Assembly (NCBI RefSeq): GCF_001194135.2
Contig: NC_068986.1
Location: 4,173,307-4,232,464, forward strand
DNA from: Octopus bimaculoides
Taxonomy: Eukaryota
Direction of reading: 5' to 3'
Length of the DNA stretch: 59,158 nt
The notes beneath the pieces are model-generated. The model did no database searches. It had not been told where the DNA came from and saw nothing but the letters and a program-made list of their open reading frames with translations. Shown here piece by piece: positions 36,996 through 49,897 of this stretch; the stretch's first letter is position 1, and each line of letters starts with the position of its first letter. A program made the translations under genes and the position numbers.

Positions 36996-37218
36996 ATAGA
37001 GAGATACAAATAGAAAGATACAAATAGAAAGATATATAGATAGATAGATAGATAGATACAGTTAGAGAGATATAGATAGAGAGATATAGACAGAGACAGA
37101 CAGACATAAAGAGTAAACCCCGTTCTACGTGTCACATTCTACCAGTATCGGAAGTTTCAAAGTGTTTAGTTAAAAAAAATTAATTTAAAGATCTGTATGT
37201 GAAATGGAATAGATTCAT
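36571..37218. mobile_element. Foldback/MITE-like element with ~110-bp inverted arms and internal (ATCT)n/(GATA)n
   Basis: 36571-36679 is the approximate reverse complement of 37105-37218 (CTATTCCATTTCA..AACTAAACACTTTGAAACTTC..ACTGGTA..GTGTCAC..GGGTTTACTCTTTATG). Confidence 0.85.
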
Positions 37219-38805
37219 CACCGTCGCCTCCGTCTTTATCACAACTACAGCTCATACTATTATTATCACCCCATTACTATCACAACCATCAATCTACTAC
37301 CACCCTCACCGTCTCTATGCCTACTATTACTCTCATCCCAGTAAGAGGAGTAGAAGAAATGTCATTGAATAGTGAGAGGAGTCAAAGTGTGACAACTGAC
37401 ACACACAAATTTGTTTTGGCATTTATTATTATAGATTATTGAGATAAAGTTTAGCAGAAAAGTTAGAGCATGTCAGGCAAAATACTTTGCAGTGGTATTT
37501 CTTCTGTTTTTTTTTTTTAATTCTGAGTTCCAAATCTTGCCAAGGTTAATTAATCCTTTCATTTTTCAGACCCCCTAAAATAAAGTACTAGTTAAGTACT
37601 GGGATCTATGCTGCCGACTAACCACTACCACTCAAAACTGCTGGCCTCGTGCCTGAATTCTGAAACATTTAAAAGTGTATTTGTCAGTTCTAAGATGTCA
37701 TTGAATGTCATTCGGTAGAGGGGCTAGGGAGGATTTCCTGAAGATCTTCCTTGTAACTTGATCTTCATACACCTTCTTTCAATTGACTAGATAAGTTTGA
37801 TACCTAAATAAAGCGGATATCCTCTTGCCATGCAGTCAAATGTTGTTAAAAGAAGTACTTTAACCCGAACACTTGCTTTTTTTTTGCTTTTTTTCCATTT
37901 GCTATAATTAGCTTAAGTCCATTGAAAGTATTTATCCACTTTGTTTGTAGTACTCTCTACTATTTATTTGTTAGGAATACAAGTTACCACAATCCAGTGG
38001 TTGTTAAACAGTGTACTACAAACAGTATCTAGGTGCAAATATTTTATAATTTAAGGCACGCAAAATCTGTATTTGAGAATCTTCGAAACATGTTATGTAT
38101 AATTTTGTTCAACATGTCTATGAATAATTAATTAAACAAGGTAAGCTATAATCTTACATATCATTATTTCTATGGTATTACTATCTCATAACAGTCGATA
38201 AATGTTTTTACTGAAAGGTTTCATGCCCTAAATGAAGAGGTGAATCCAGTGATCGTCAGACATAGCTGTTTCCCTCTGCTGCTTGACAACCAATGTTGGT
38301 TTATTTACATCCCTGTGAGTGAGCAATTTGGCGAAAGAGACCGATAGAATGACTATTCTTTGACAAAAAAAAAAAAACCTTTCAAGGCAGTGCCCAGGAT
38401 GGATGTAGTTTAATGATTGGAACAAATAAAGATAAAAGATAGTAAACTTTTTCCACTTGTTTTATTTTTAAAGTAACATGTATATCTATCTACTGGAAAA
38501 TTCACATCACGATATATGCCTCTTGCCCCATCTTCTAGAAGACTTTGGCCACTTTTCTTGTGTATTAACAACCTTTTGAACATTGTACATATAACACAGT
38601 AAACAGACTGTTCTGAATCTAAGTGAAAGGTAAACAAGAAATTGTCAATAATTCACAGTATGTGTCGGCATGGTTGTGTGGTTAAGAAGCTCACTTTGCA
38701 GCCAAATAGTTTTGAGTTCAGTCCCACTATGTTGCACCTTTAGATTTGAATTATTTCTGTGGGGGGTTTTAGAACATAACACCCACAATAGACGAGGGAT
38801 TACTG

Positions 38806-38859
<54 letters not shown>

Positions 38860-38869
38860 TATACTAAAT

Positions 38870-39490
38870 CCCCAAAAATGAATAACACAAAAAAACAATG
38901 TGAGGACGTGGTTCACGTAAAGTATTAGCAGACGCTCAGGGCAGGCAAGAATGATGGTTTAAGGTTTCGAGCAGACGCTCTTCTTCAGAAACAGGAGACA
39001 GAGCAAAGTCCAATAGAAAAGGAAGATGGAGGAAAAAAAATCGCCAACAATTCACATGTGGTTATATATATATATATGTATATATGTATATATAATTATT
39101 CACTCCCTGTTAGTATACGCAGATTCTCTGCAGTATCATTTGTCGCGCACATGGTAATTTCTTGAAGGAAGGACAGTAGACTGGCTGGCCGAGGTGGATT
39201 CGGTTGTGCTTTCAGATCTGTGTCGATGTGGAATGTTACTCGTTCATGCTTGCACAGTTTGCTAGTATAGTCGAATTTACTGCTGGAATACCGTATTGGT
39301 GAAGGAAATTGAGTATCTATCACTCATAATCCAGAAACGCATCTACGGTTAATCTTCGGAATGGTTAGTTTTCATTGTTTTTTCTTCTTGTTTTTGCCTT
39401 TGTGAGTTACAAGTGATGCTATCTGTGGGAGTCTCAGCTTTTTTAGCTGCTATTTCTGAACTTCGGTATATGGTGAAGCAAATATTTGCT
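38870..39490 (-). mobile_element. Penelope-like element remnant carrying a hammerhead module
   Basis: CpG-rich non-SINE segment with the hammerhead core at 38957-38992. The superfamily call is inferred from the ribozyme; no GIY-YIG or RT motif was seen. Confidence 0.45.
38957..38992 (-). ncRNA. Minimal hammerhead ribozyme, third family (helix III mutated)
   Basis: Minus strand reads GUUU-CUGAAGA-A-GAGC-GUCU-GCUC-GAAA-C-C-U-U-AAAC. Stem I 4 bp, perfect helix II, C where G16.2 is expected. Confidence 0.65.
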
Positions 39491-39507
39491 GATCCCTTAA
39501 TTATGTT

Positions 39508-39552
<45 letters not shown>

Positions 39553-40320
39553 NNNNNNNNNNATTATCTGCACATGCGTGTGTGTGTGTGTGTCTGTATA
39601 TATATATATATATATATATATACAAAAATAATTTTATGTGCTTGTGTGTATGTATTATGTATCTCTATGTATGTATGTATGTATGTATAGAAGTATGAGT
39701 GTATGTGTTTGTGCCTCTTTGCTGTAAAATTGCATGATAGTTGTAAACAAGTGTCACTGTCATTCATGTGGTATCATTCTTTTCCAATCTTCCATGAAAA
39801 CATGTCTGGTCATGAGGGGAAAAAAACTACCTTGCTTAGAAACAAGTGTTAGCAACAAGAAGTGTATCTTGCTGTAGAAAAATCTACCTCAAATTCTGTC
39901 TCACTAATGCAAGCATGGAAAAGATGATGATGAGGAGGGGGGAAAACAAATCCCTACCAAGTTCAATAAAATCTATTTTTATTACCATGTTGGAACTTAT
40001 AGATTTTCCTGTTGCAATTGATCTTGCAAGTATTGTTATTCATATACAATCCTGTGACTTGTAGCATTACTCGTCAAGCTGAGTTAGACATTTTTTTATA
40101 AGTATCATTACACTCTTAAATAAAACGGTTCTTTTGATTGTTGTGTTATCAAATAAATAACCAGTTACTGAACTGAACAAGGTCAAAATAGACAAACAGG
40201 ATGGGCAGCCACTTGAGCATTGAGAATACAGGAGTCAGTTACCATAAAAAAACAAACAAACAAACAAAAACATTGCCACTCCAAAATCGACTTGGAATTA
40301 GAATTTTACAACTTGTATAC

Positions 40321-40712
40321 ATAGGTGCAGGCATGCATGGCTGTGTGGTAAGAAAATTGCTTGCCAACCACATGATTTTAGGTTCAGTCCCACTGTATGA
40401 CATTTTGGGCAAGTGTCTGTTACTATAGCCTTGGGCTGACCAAACCTTCTGAGTGGATTTGGTAGGGAAAACTGAAAGAATCATGTGTATTTATGTGTGT
40501 AATGTGTGTGTGTGTGTGTATGTGTTGTTGTGTCTGTCCTCCACTGCCACATGACAACTAATGTTGCTTTGCTTATATCCCCATAACTTAGTGGTTCAGC
40601 AAAATGGATTGACAGGAGAAGTACCAGACTTGTACTGGGATCAATTTGTTTGACTAAAATGTTTCAAGATAGTGTCTCAGTATGGCTACAGTCCAATGTC
40701 TGAAACAAATGA
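40321..40712 (+). mobile_element. SINE family A (CpG-decayed)
   Basis: Full head, microsatellite and tail homology. Confidence 0.88.
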
Positions 40713-41261
40713 ACGACACTTAGTGGAACTACAAATAGAGAACCTTTATGTGGAAGTTTAACCTGTTAGAAAAAGCAGCCAAACCTCACTCAAAGCACTT
40801 GCCTTACAATTTTAAATAGAATTGACTGAGGAGTAGATAACAACTTCATTGAGTTATTATAGTGAAAGAGAAATACACTTGTAGTTTAAATATATTAAAT
40901 CGATAGAATATTGAGTTAGTCACCTGATGAATGTAATAGATGAAATGATTCTCATCAATATTTTGGTACGAGCTCATTACTCTCTTGCGTTTAAACTTCA
41001 CAATATTCATTATCATTTTTGCTGTCCACTTTTCCATGCTTGCATATGAGTTGGATAGAATTTGTTGTAGATCTCTTCCAGCTGTATGCTTTTCCTGTTG
41101 CCCACCCTCACTTGTTTCTAAGTTAGGTATTATTTCTCCATGACCAGACCTGCCTCAGACAATTGAAAGTGAAAAACACTGCTTGCACAATGTAGGCACT
41201 CGCCTATGAATCACATGATGTCAAGACAAGGAGATAATAGTATGCATGCACACACACACAC

Positions 41262-41384
41262 GACTTTGTTTCTGTCTACCAAATCTACTCACATGGCTTT
41301 GGTCAGCCTGGGGCTAAGTTACCACACAATAGGACTGAACCCAAGATCATGTGGTTAGGAAGCAAGATTCTTGCCACACAGCAT
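41262..41384 (-). mobile_element. SINE family A, 5' half, inverted relative to both neighbours
   Basis: TTTCTGTCTACCAAATCTACTCAC...GACTGAACCCAAGATCATGTGGTT...CCACACAGC. Confidence 0.8.
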
Positions 41385-41820
41385 CATATGATGCAATATT
41401 ATTTACAGAGCAGGGATATTAGTATAGAAAGGTTTAATATTCTATACGGATAAGTGATATTAGTGTGATATTGTATAGTTTTCTGTACAGACCAGTGATA
41501 TGTGATGTAGTGAATATTATATATAGAACAGTAATGTGATGAAGAAATTCTTCATTGACAGATGATATTCTCTTGAGACAGTGTTACCAACTAGTTTTTG
41601 AATAGTAATTTTTGTCATAAAATTGAAGTGTGTAGGTGGTGACAGTTATGGTAAGCAAAGTAACTGTGAAGTAAGTCATTTGATTTTCTGTTTTGATAAT
41701 TACTGATGTCTATAAACCTGATCTATGAATATACAGAAAAAGAAAAAAAAATTCATTTATTTAAGGGTGAAAAGTTTACTTGATGTGAATAAATAAATGT
41801 GTGTGTGTGTGTATATAAGC

Positions 41821-42163
41821 TAGGTGCAGATGTGGCTGTGTGGTAAGAAGCTTGCTTCCCAACCACATGGTTCTGGGTTCAGTCACACTGTGTGCCACTT
41901 ACTATAGTCTTGGGGCCAAACAAAGCTTTGTGAGTGGATTTGGTAGATAGAAACTGAAAGAAGCCTGTTATATGTATGTATGTATATATATATGTGTGTG
42001 TGTTCTTTGTCTTTTTGTTCACCAGCGTTGATGTATTTACATTCCTGTAACTTAGTCATTTGGCAAAAGATGGTCAACAGAATAAGTACTGGGCCGATTT
42101 GTTTGACTCAATATTCTTCAAGGCGGTGCCTCAGCATGGCCATAGGCTAATGACTGAAACAGG
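41821..42163 (+). mobile_element. SINE family A
   Basis: AGGTGCAGATGTGGCTGTGTGGTAAG...TGACTGAAACAGGT. Confidence 0.88.
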
Positions 42164-42559
42164 TAATATATATATATATATATACATATATGGAGAACAG
42201 CTTTTATTCAATTAATAAAACCAATTTACATATTTCTTTTGCATTCTCTTTTATTATGTTTTTATAATTGTAATTTTCCTTTTAATCATACCTTTCCATT
42301 TTAAAACCCATAAAAAATGATTTTTGAGTGGTTTTGTGGGGCTAGAACAGATTAATTATATTTTAATTAATTTCAATGGGGAAATTTGATTTGCAGAATC
42401 ATAAAACGAGTTCAGTTATGGAATGAATCAAACTCGTACTGTAAGATATCACTTGTGAAGACCTGTTGAGGCAAGTGAAATTGAAATCGAAAATTGAACC
42501 AAATTTGTTGACTGGCACCCATGCCAACCTTCCTTCATTGGACACTAAACTCAGCTTGC

Positions 42560-43020
42560 GAAGACCTTTTGGGGCAAGTGAGATCGAAACTGGACCAAAT
42601 TCGATGACTGGCACCCGTGCCAGTGGAGCGCTAATAGTACCATCCTAGTGGGATCACTGCCAGAGCTTCTGTCTTGCTTCCGTGCCGGTGGCACCTAAAA
42701 AGCACCATTTGAGTGCGATCGTTTCCAGCTTCACCTTACTGGCACTTGTGCCGGTGGCATGTGAACAAAACATTGGACTGACTCCTGTGCAGGTGGCACG
42801 TAAAAAAACACCATTTGAGCGTGGCCTTTGCCAGTACTGCTGGAGGCACGTAAAAAGCACCCACTACACTCTCGGAGTGGTTGGCATTAGGAAGGGCATC
42901 CAGCTGTAGAAACTCTGCCAGATCAGATTGGAGTCTGGTGTAGGCATTTGGTTCGCCAGTCCCCAGTCAAGTCGTCCAACCCATGCTAGCATGGAAAGTG
43001 GATGATAAAAGATGATGATG
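42560..43020 (+). mobile_element. RTE 3' UTR with tandem units and (GAT)n tail
   Basis: Homologous to 25560-25995. Confidence 0.88.
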
Positions 43021-43053
<33 letters not shown>

Positions 43054-43150
43054 TATATAGCTGTGTCTCAGAGTTATTATGCCAATATAATTAACACGCA
43101 CATACACACACGATTTCACATCAGGAATCTTGCAACACAAATTCATAAAC

Positions 43151-43201
<51 letters not shown>

Positions 43202-45909
43202 CGTGTGTGTGTGTGTGTGTGTGTGTACGTACAATTCAGATGCTAATAATTCTGGTTCATTGCAGATATAATTGTTTTCGTGTAATAATGTTGTTCAAAT
43301 GTAAAGAATCCTTAGAGTTTGTTTAACTTTTTCATTATTGTTATCTTCCGATGTCCACGTCCCATACTGGTAAGAGCTAAAGAGGTTGCCATGGCTGGAG
43401 TCATCACATATTTGTGAGGTAGCTCACCTTGGTGGTTTGGAAGACTGCAGCTCACTTACATTTCATTTTTGGCTTGGTTTCTGTGGCTAGATGTCCTTCC
43501 TAACATAAATCACTTTATGGAGGTGCATTTTTCATGGCACTAGCATTAGAAAGGTAGCCATGTTTTTGACATGATTAAAGACTTCTTTAATTTGCATGTC
43601 TCTTCTTGCTCATCAGCCCATTTACTGATGAGGAATGAGTGTTGCGGGGTAATGTGAGATACATATGTATATTCAAGACATGACTAAGAGAAAAGGGTGA
43701 TGGCAGAAGCAATGTGACTCAGAAGATAGTGATGACAGAGACTTGGGATATGTGGGGGAATAGATGAGCAAAAGTACAATGACAATGAAAAATGAAGTGT
43801 GCATGGTATAATTTGGTCCATTGTAGCCACTTACATGTAAGTTTGAGATGGGCCAGAGATGTCAAGTTATCAGAGTGGTGGCAAAAGGAATGGGAAGTTG
43901 TGTCCTGTACTAGTGAACGGCACAAATTTTGAAGGGAAACTAGTTTACAATTAACACTATAATAACTGTTGTTAATAATTATTAAGACCATAGTGTCAGT
44001 TTTGAGGTTTGAATTTCTGTCCTTTTGGTGATTAGTTATGCAAGCCATTCACCTTAGAATTTTCCTGTTATTATTAAAGAAACTAAAAATAAATCAAGTC
44101 CAGACATCATTTCTATTCTTTTATGCTTCTCAATAAGTACATGCTGATAGTTTCTTATGCTACTCAAAACTCATTATTTTGCTCTTTTATAGTCCATCTT
44201 ATGAAACTCTAACGTTTTCCAGTAACAGATGTCTAAATTTTTAATCAGAAATTTTTCTCTTTTGCTTATTTCAGTTTTTTTTTCTTTTTTATAGAATTCT
44301 AAAGAAACATTTCTATTAATTGCATTGATTAATAACATGTACTCCAGCAACATTGCTTGTAGAATTATAGTTTCTATGCCATTATTTTATGTTCAGAAAT
44401 TCTTTCAACTATTTTGAACTTGTCTTTAATCTATAAGCTATGTACTGTTTTATTTCCTTGTATAACTTTGATTTTTACATGAGGTTTTAACTAGTACTGT
44501 TTTGGTGTTGCAAGGAAATAAACATAGGATTAATCTTGATTTCCAATTGAGTTTTTATTTCACACTTCAATCAAATTTTGTAAAGTGTGGTTAACATGCA
44601 AAAAGTTTTCCAGTTAAGACACATTTTCTTAGCCACTAAACTTTAAATTTGTTTCCAAACTGATATTTCAAATTATATACCCTGGATAAATAAAAATGAT
44701 TAATTTCTTGTTGAATCAGAAACACACGATTAAATTTGTTTGCAAAACTGAGAATGAAGAAAATAATTTTGTAATAAATAAGGTTATACCCAATGCTAAA
44801 TGAATGTTGGTTGATTAAACTAGCTTATCAAACATTCTTTAAGCTTTAACATTTAATAGAGAAAAACTAATACTTAGATTGTAAACTGAAGGATTTCGTG
44901 GTTTTGAATTTCAGTCATATCACTAACTTAGCTTAATATCATTCTAGTGCCTGTAAAATAAACTCCAGTGACATAGTTGGACAAATGAATTTAAGAAAGC
45001 TAAATCACAACTGCAATTGTTACATTTGTGTAGTAGAAAGCTTCTGTCAACTTGTACAAGTTGAAGTATTGTATTTCAGTTGACTGACTTTTCTACCATT
45101 CATAGGATATCTGCGTTTTGTGAATTTCCTATCTCTCAGTATTCATTGTTGGTTTCATTTACATGCAAGTCATTAATAAAACTGGATAAGCCAATAAAAT
45201 AAGCATTTAATTTTATTTTGTTATTTGTATTCATTTCATGAGGATGTTTAAGTTGTTCTCATTGGACACTATGGTACTACTCTAGGATGTCGTGTATGTA
45301 ACAAAATTTATTGGGAGAATGTATTCTTGAAGAGTGTTAAAATATCCTTGAAAGAGTGATCTCATGATTTCTTTGACGGATCTGATTAAAAAAAAAAGTG
45401 AACTTTTTCTAATATGGAAAAGATATGAATATACATGTAAAAATTATGTAGTAAACATATTTTGGCTTTTAATTTCCCTTTAATGATTAAATAAATGAAT
45501 TTTGATGAAAAAATGCAACTGCTGTTGATATGTTTTACTATTTATTGAAGAAATAAGCAAATGAAATTGTTATGACTCAATTGGAGAATGCTGGCCTGAT
45601 TATGTGAGCTATTTAACAAAAAGCAACAGAACAGAGAAGTGGGTGGAGAGGACTCTAAATGAAGGACTAGAATCTAAGTTCATACCAGGACACAGATGTT
45701 CTAAACTTGTAATATATTTTATAAACACTCGGTATTCCAAAGAGTATTGCTTGGAATCTTGTATGGTAGCTTTGTTAAATACTGGTGTAAATTTAGATGA
45801 GTCTTCCCTTTTCACAAAAATTAAATTTTGTGTTCATATTAAAAATTATATCCTAAAAATAATCTCCCAACATCAGTTTTCATTAGTATAATGATGACAT
45901 TATACATGT

Positions 45910-46280
45910 GGAGGCGCAATGGCCCAGTGGTTAGGGCAGTGGACTCGCGGTCATAGGATTGCGGTTTCGATTCCCAGACCGGACGTTGTGAGTGTTTATT
46001 GAGCAAAAACACCTAAAGCTCCACGAGGCTCTAGTAGGGGATGGTGGCGAACCCTGCTGTACTCTTTCACCACAACTTTCTCTCACTCTTACTTTCTGTT
46101 TCTGTTGTGCCTGTAATTCAAAGGGTCAGCCTTGTCACACTGTGTCACGCTGAATATCCCCGAGAACTACGCTAAGGGTACACGTGTCTGTGGAGTGCTC
46201 AGCCACTTGCACATTAATTTCACGAGCAGGCTGTTCCGTTTATCGGATCAACTGGAACCCTCGACGTCATAAGTGACGGA
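45910..46280 (+). mobile_element. SINE family B, full length
   Basis: Complete head to ...GACGGAG end. TAATGATGACAT occurs on both flanks (probable TSD). Confidence 0.92.
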
Positions 46281-47230
46281 GTAATGATGACATATGGCAG
46301 CCTTGTGGTCCCTTCATTCTCTTTCTTTAATGAAATTCAGTTGCTGCATTTACTCTGCTTTTAACTGTTGAAATGAAAATTCATCCATGGTAGGATTGAT
46401 AGAAACTTGTAGCATTTAGTTGAGTTCTGATTTCATATTCTACCAGGTTTGACTTGGTTTTTCATGCTCTAGGTTCAAGAAAATATCAGTAAAGATACTG
46501 GGGTAGATTTAGTTGATGTTTTTTTTCTTCCTCCTTGTAAAAATTGATAGTTTTGTATTTATGTTAGAAGTTTTACATAATGCTCCCTGTTCCAAAAGAA
46601 AACTCCAGTTATCAGTTTTTGCTAGCATAATGATGACTCCCTTTTTTAATCTGTGCAATTTAATATGCAGAAGTTTGTATGTTAGTGTCTATCTAATTGT
46701 CTTCATTCCAGATAATTTCATTAGCCATTAAATTTTTCATTTTCATCTAATCATTCATGCGATCTTATCCTTGATACTATCTACAATCAGCTAATTAATT
46801 AATTGAAACCCTTTGGGCAGCATAATTGATTATATAGTCAAATAATAAAAAAAAGTTTATATCCTTATTTAAACCAACTTGCAGTGAAAGTTCTTTTACA
46901 AAATCAGATCACTACTACCAGAGTTGGAAAAAAGAAAAGACTTCCAAAATTGAATATATTATATACAACTCAAACTGAAAGCATTGTGCATTACAACATG
47001 GACTGAAGCATTTTGCATAAAATGGACTGGGGGCATTCAGGCTATTTCACCAGGTTGAGGATACCTTTGTCCCCCTGGCCCACCAGTCTTGGAGGCCTAG
47101 TTAAGTGTCATGGGCACCACCTTCTCCCTTGATTAAAAAAAAAAAAAATAAATGTATAGCAAATTCAGAATAAACATTGGCACCTTTTATCTTTTTAATT
47201 TTATTTCTGTTCTTCATAATCTCATTAATT

Positions 47231-47676
47231 GGAGGCGCAATGGCCTAGTGATTAGGGCAGTGGACTCGCGGTTTCGATTCCCAGACAGGGCGTTGTGAGT
47301 GTTTATTGAGTGAAAACACTTAAAGCTCCACGAGGCTCTGGCAGGGGATGGTGGCGAACCCTGCTGTACTCTTCCACCACAACTTTCTCTCACTCTTNNN
47401 NNNNNNNNNNNNNNNNNNNNNNNNNNNNNNNNNNNNNNNNNNNNNNNNNNNNNNNNNNNNNNNNNNNNNNNNNNNNNNNNNNNNNNNNNNNNNNNNNNNN
47501 NNNNNNNNNNNNNNNNNNNNNNNNNNNNNNNNNNNNNNNNNNNNNNGAGAACTACGTTAAGGGTACATGTGTCTGTGGAGTGCTCAGCCACTTGCACGTT
47601 AATTTCACGAGCAGGCTGTTCCGTTGATTGGATCGACTGAAACTCTCGACATCGTAAGCGACGGAGTGCCAACAAC
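47231..47676 (+). mobile_element. SINE family B with internal assembly gap and 13-bp TSD
   Basis: AATCTCATTAATT at 47218-47230 and 47677-47689. Confidence 0.92.
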
Positions 47677-47889
47677 AATCTCATTAATTATTGAGGATTA
47701 AGATCCTTATCCTTTTCTTCTGCATGACCTCTAATGTAATTCAATTGTCCACTAAAGTGTAGCCAATAAGTCTGTTAATCCTGACTCCTGTGAATTTAAA
47801 GGTAAAATGTCTACAATAATTTAGATATCAGTAAAGTAAGGGTTTAATTTAATAAACTTCTAATAATTTTATTGTTTAGAAAACTCTAG

Positions 47890-48330
47890 TATGTGCAGTG
47901 AAACCCAAGGTCACTTGGGGAAAGGTTTACCAGAACATGCACAAACTGGCTGACACTTGATTTAAAGATCTCCTAGTTGTTGATCTCATCTTGGCCAGTG
48001 TAGAGATGATGTTGAGGAGTCACAGCAGGGCTGGTACTTGGAGCAGGGCTGGTGCTTAGTGGCAGGCCCTGCTCATAACTTCAGTTCCTCTGTAGACTTG
48101 GCAGTCAGGGACAAATGACCTCCAGCAGAGGTGATGATGATGCCGTCAATCACCTTCTGGGTGTAGCCATCCAGACGGTGCCAAGTCCAGTGATGGATAT
48201 GTTTGCAAGAGAAATAGGTGTTAGCAATATAGAGGTTGTTGTAGCGGCATAGGAGCAGCAGGCAATTGTTGTTGTCATTGGTGGGTGGATTGGCAAAGGT
48301 TGTGCCAATGGGCTGTGTCTCATTTGATGC
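47890..48330 (-). mobile_element. RTE LINE apurinic-type endonuclease relic
   Basis: NDNNNCLLLLCRYNNLYIANTYFSCKHIHHWTWHRLDGYTQKVIDGIII fits the EN motif N.NG.RLL..C....L.I.NT.F.HK.IH..TW....G.....ID.I. Confidence 0.8.
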
Positions 48331-48334
48331 AGCA

Positions 48335-48560
48335 GCAGTAGGTTGGAAGAAGCCCTGTGCCCAGCCCTGCACCAGATGGCTAGACGGAATTAAGGAAGAT
48401 CTCCAGAGATTGATGTGATCTTGGCAGATGCTGGAAGGCTGGCATGGGACCACTAGCGATTGAGAGCACGGGTGGATCTGGTTGACTCTATATAGTCAAT
48501 GAGGCCTCTGGGACCACTAACCTGGGATGACCCCAGTCCCATCAAGCAAGAGTATGAAAC
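48335..48560 (+). mobile_element. RTE LINE C-terminus/3' UTR, opposite in orientation to the adjacent EN fragment
   Basis: KPCAQPCTRWLDGIKEDLQRL resembles the RP.GRP.TRW.D.I.EDL C-terminal motif. Confidence 0.7.
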
Positions 48561-48850
48561 AAGCAGCAGCAGTTTAGAAAATTTGAGTTTTACTTTTGTT
48601 GGCTTATTCAGAGTTGCAAGACCTGTAACCCTAACCCACCGTTTATCATTTTTACTCGTTTCAGTCATTGGACTGTGACCATGCTGGGGCACTAACTCTG
48701 CCTTGTCATATTCAATAAAATTAAGATGGTTTTGAATTCATAAAATTTGCCTGAGTTAGTTCTCTTTTCAGTTTAGTGTTCTTTCCATGACTTTGTTTCT
48801 TCATAAATAATTCTTTTTTTTTTCTTTTTGATATTGCATATTTTCACATG

Positions 48851-49169
48851 TGTGGAGGCGCAATGGCCCAGTGGTTAGGGCAGTGGACTCGCGGTCGGAA
48901 GATCGCGGTTTCGATTCCTGGACTGGGCGTTGTGTATGTGTTTATTGAGCAAATACACCTAAAAAGCTCTATGAAGCTCCGGCAGAGGGTGGTAACGACC
49001 CCTGATGTACTCTTTCGCCCCCAACTTTCTCTCACTCTTTCTTCCTGTTTCTTGAGTAGCGCTGCGATGGACTGGCGTCCTGTCCAGCTGGGGGGAACAC
49101 ATACGCCATAGAAACTGGGAAACCGGGCCCATGAACCTGGCTAGGCTTTAAAAGGGTGCATAAGATAAG
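48851..49169 (+). mobile_element. Chimeric SINE: family B head/body plus a different 3' part, 13-bp TSD
   Basis: Matches family B to ...CTTCCTGTTTC, then switches to GAGTAGCGCTGCGATGGACTGGCGTCCTGTCCAG.... TSD ATATTTTCACATG at 48838-48850 and 49170-49182. Confidence 0.88.
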
Positions 49170-49753
49170 ATATTTTCACATGCACAAAAGGAATTACTCA
49201 AATTCCATTAAAAAAAATTTTCTGTTTCAGAGCTTAAACTCTGGATATTTATTTATTCTTGTTTATCATTGAATTACAGTGTTATGCAAAATCATATTAA
49301 CCCTTTTGGACCCGTTTTCATGTAACTCCATGATTTGTAGTTTAACCGAAAGAAGTATACTACCTTCATCCCACCCTTAGTATGATAGATTTCAATATTT
49401 ATTGTAAAAAGAATTCTTTGAGAAAGGTTTGTTAGAAATGTTATGACGTTATAAGGTGTAAAATTACATTAATCTTTACTCCGTGATTAATGGGGTTTTT
49501 TATTGACGATATATGCAAAGAATCAGGAAAGCATATATAATTTATTGTAAAACTAAACCTTGCTTAATTCAAAATAGTAATTAGAAAATGAAAATTGCTT
49601 ACCACTTAAACCAAATCACCTATTAATTACCAAAATTGTTTTTATGCAAATGATGGATTAACATAATCAAAAGTTATGCCAATGTTGTTATTATGTTGTT
49701 TATTCTATCAGTTAAGTGCCAAGAACTACTTCATCATGAAGAAATATACTGGA

Positions 49754-49798
<45 letters not shown>

Positions 49799-49852
49799 NN
49801 NNNNNNNNNNNNNNNNNNNNNNNNNNNNNNNNNNNNNNNNNNNNNNNNNNNN

Positions 49853-49897
<45 letters not shown>

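Noticed and set aside
45609-45815. Minus ORF EDSSKFTPVFNKATIQDSKQYSLEYRVFIKYITSLEHLCP with a good donor (CTG|GTATGA)
   Set aside because: Isolated, with a weak acceptor, no recognisable family and an equally long ORF on the opposite strand. RNA-seq would be needed.
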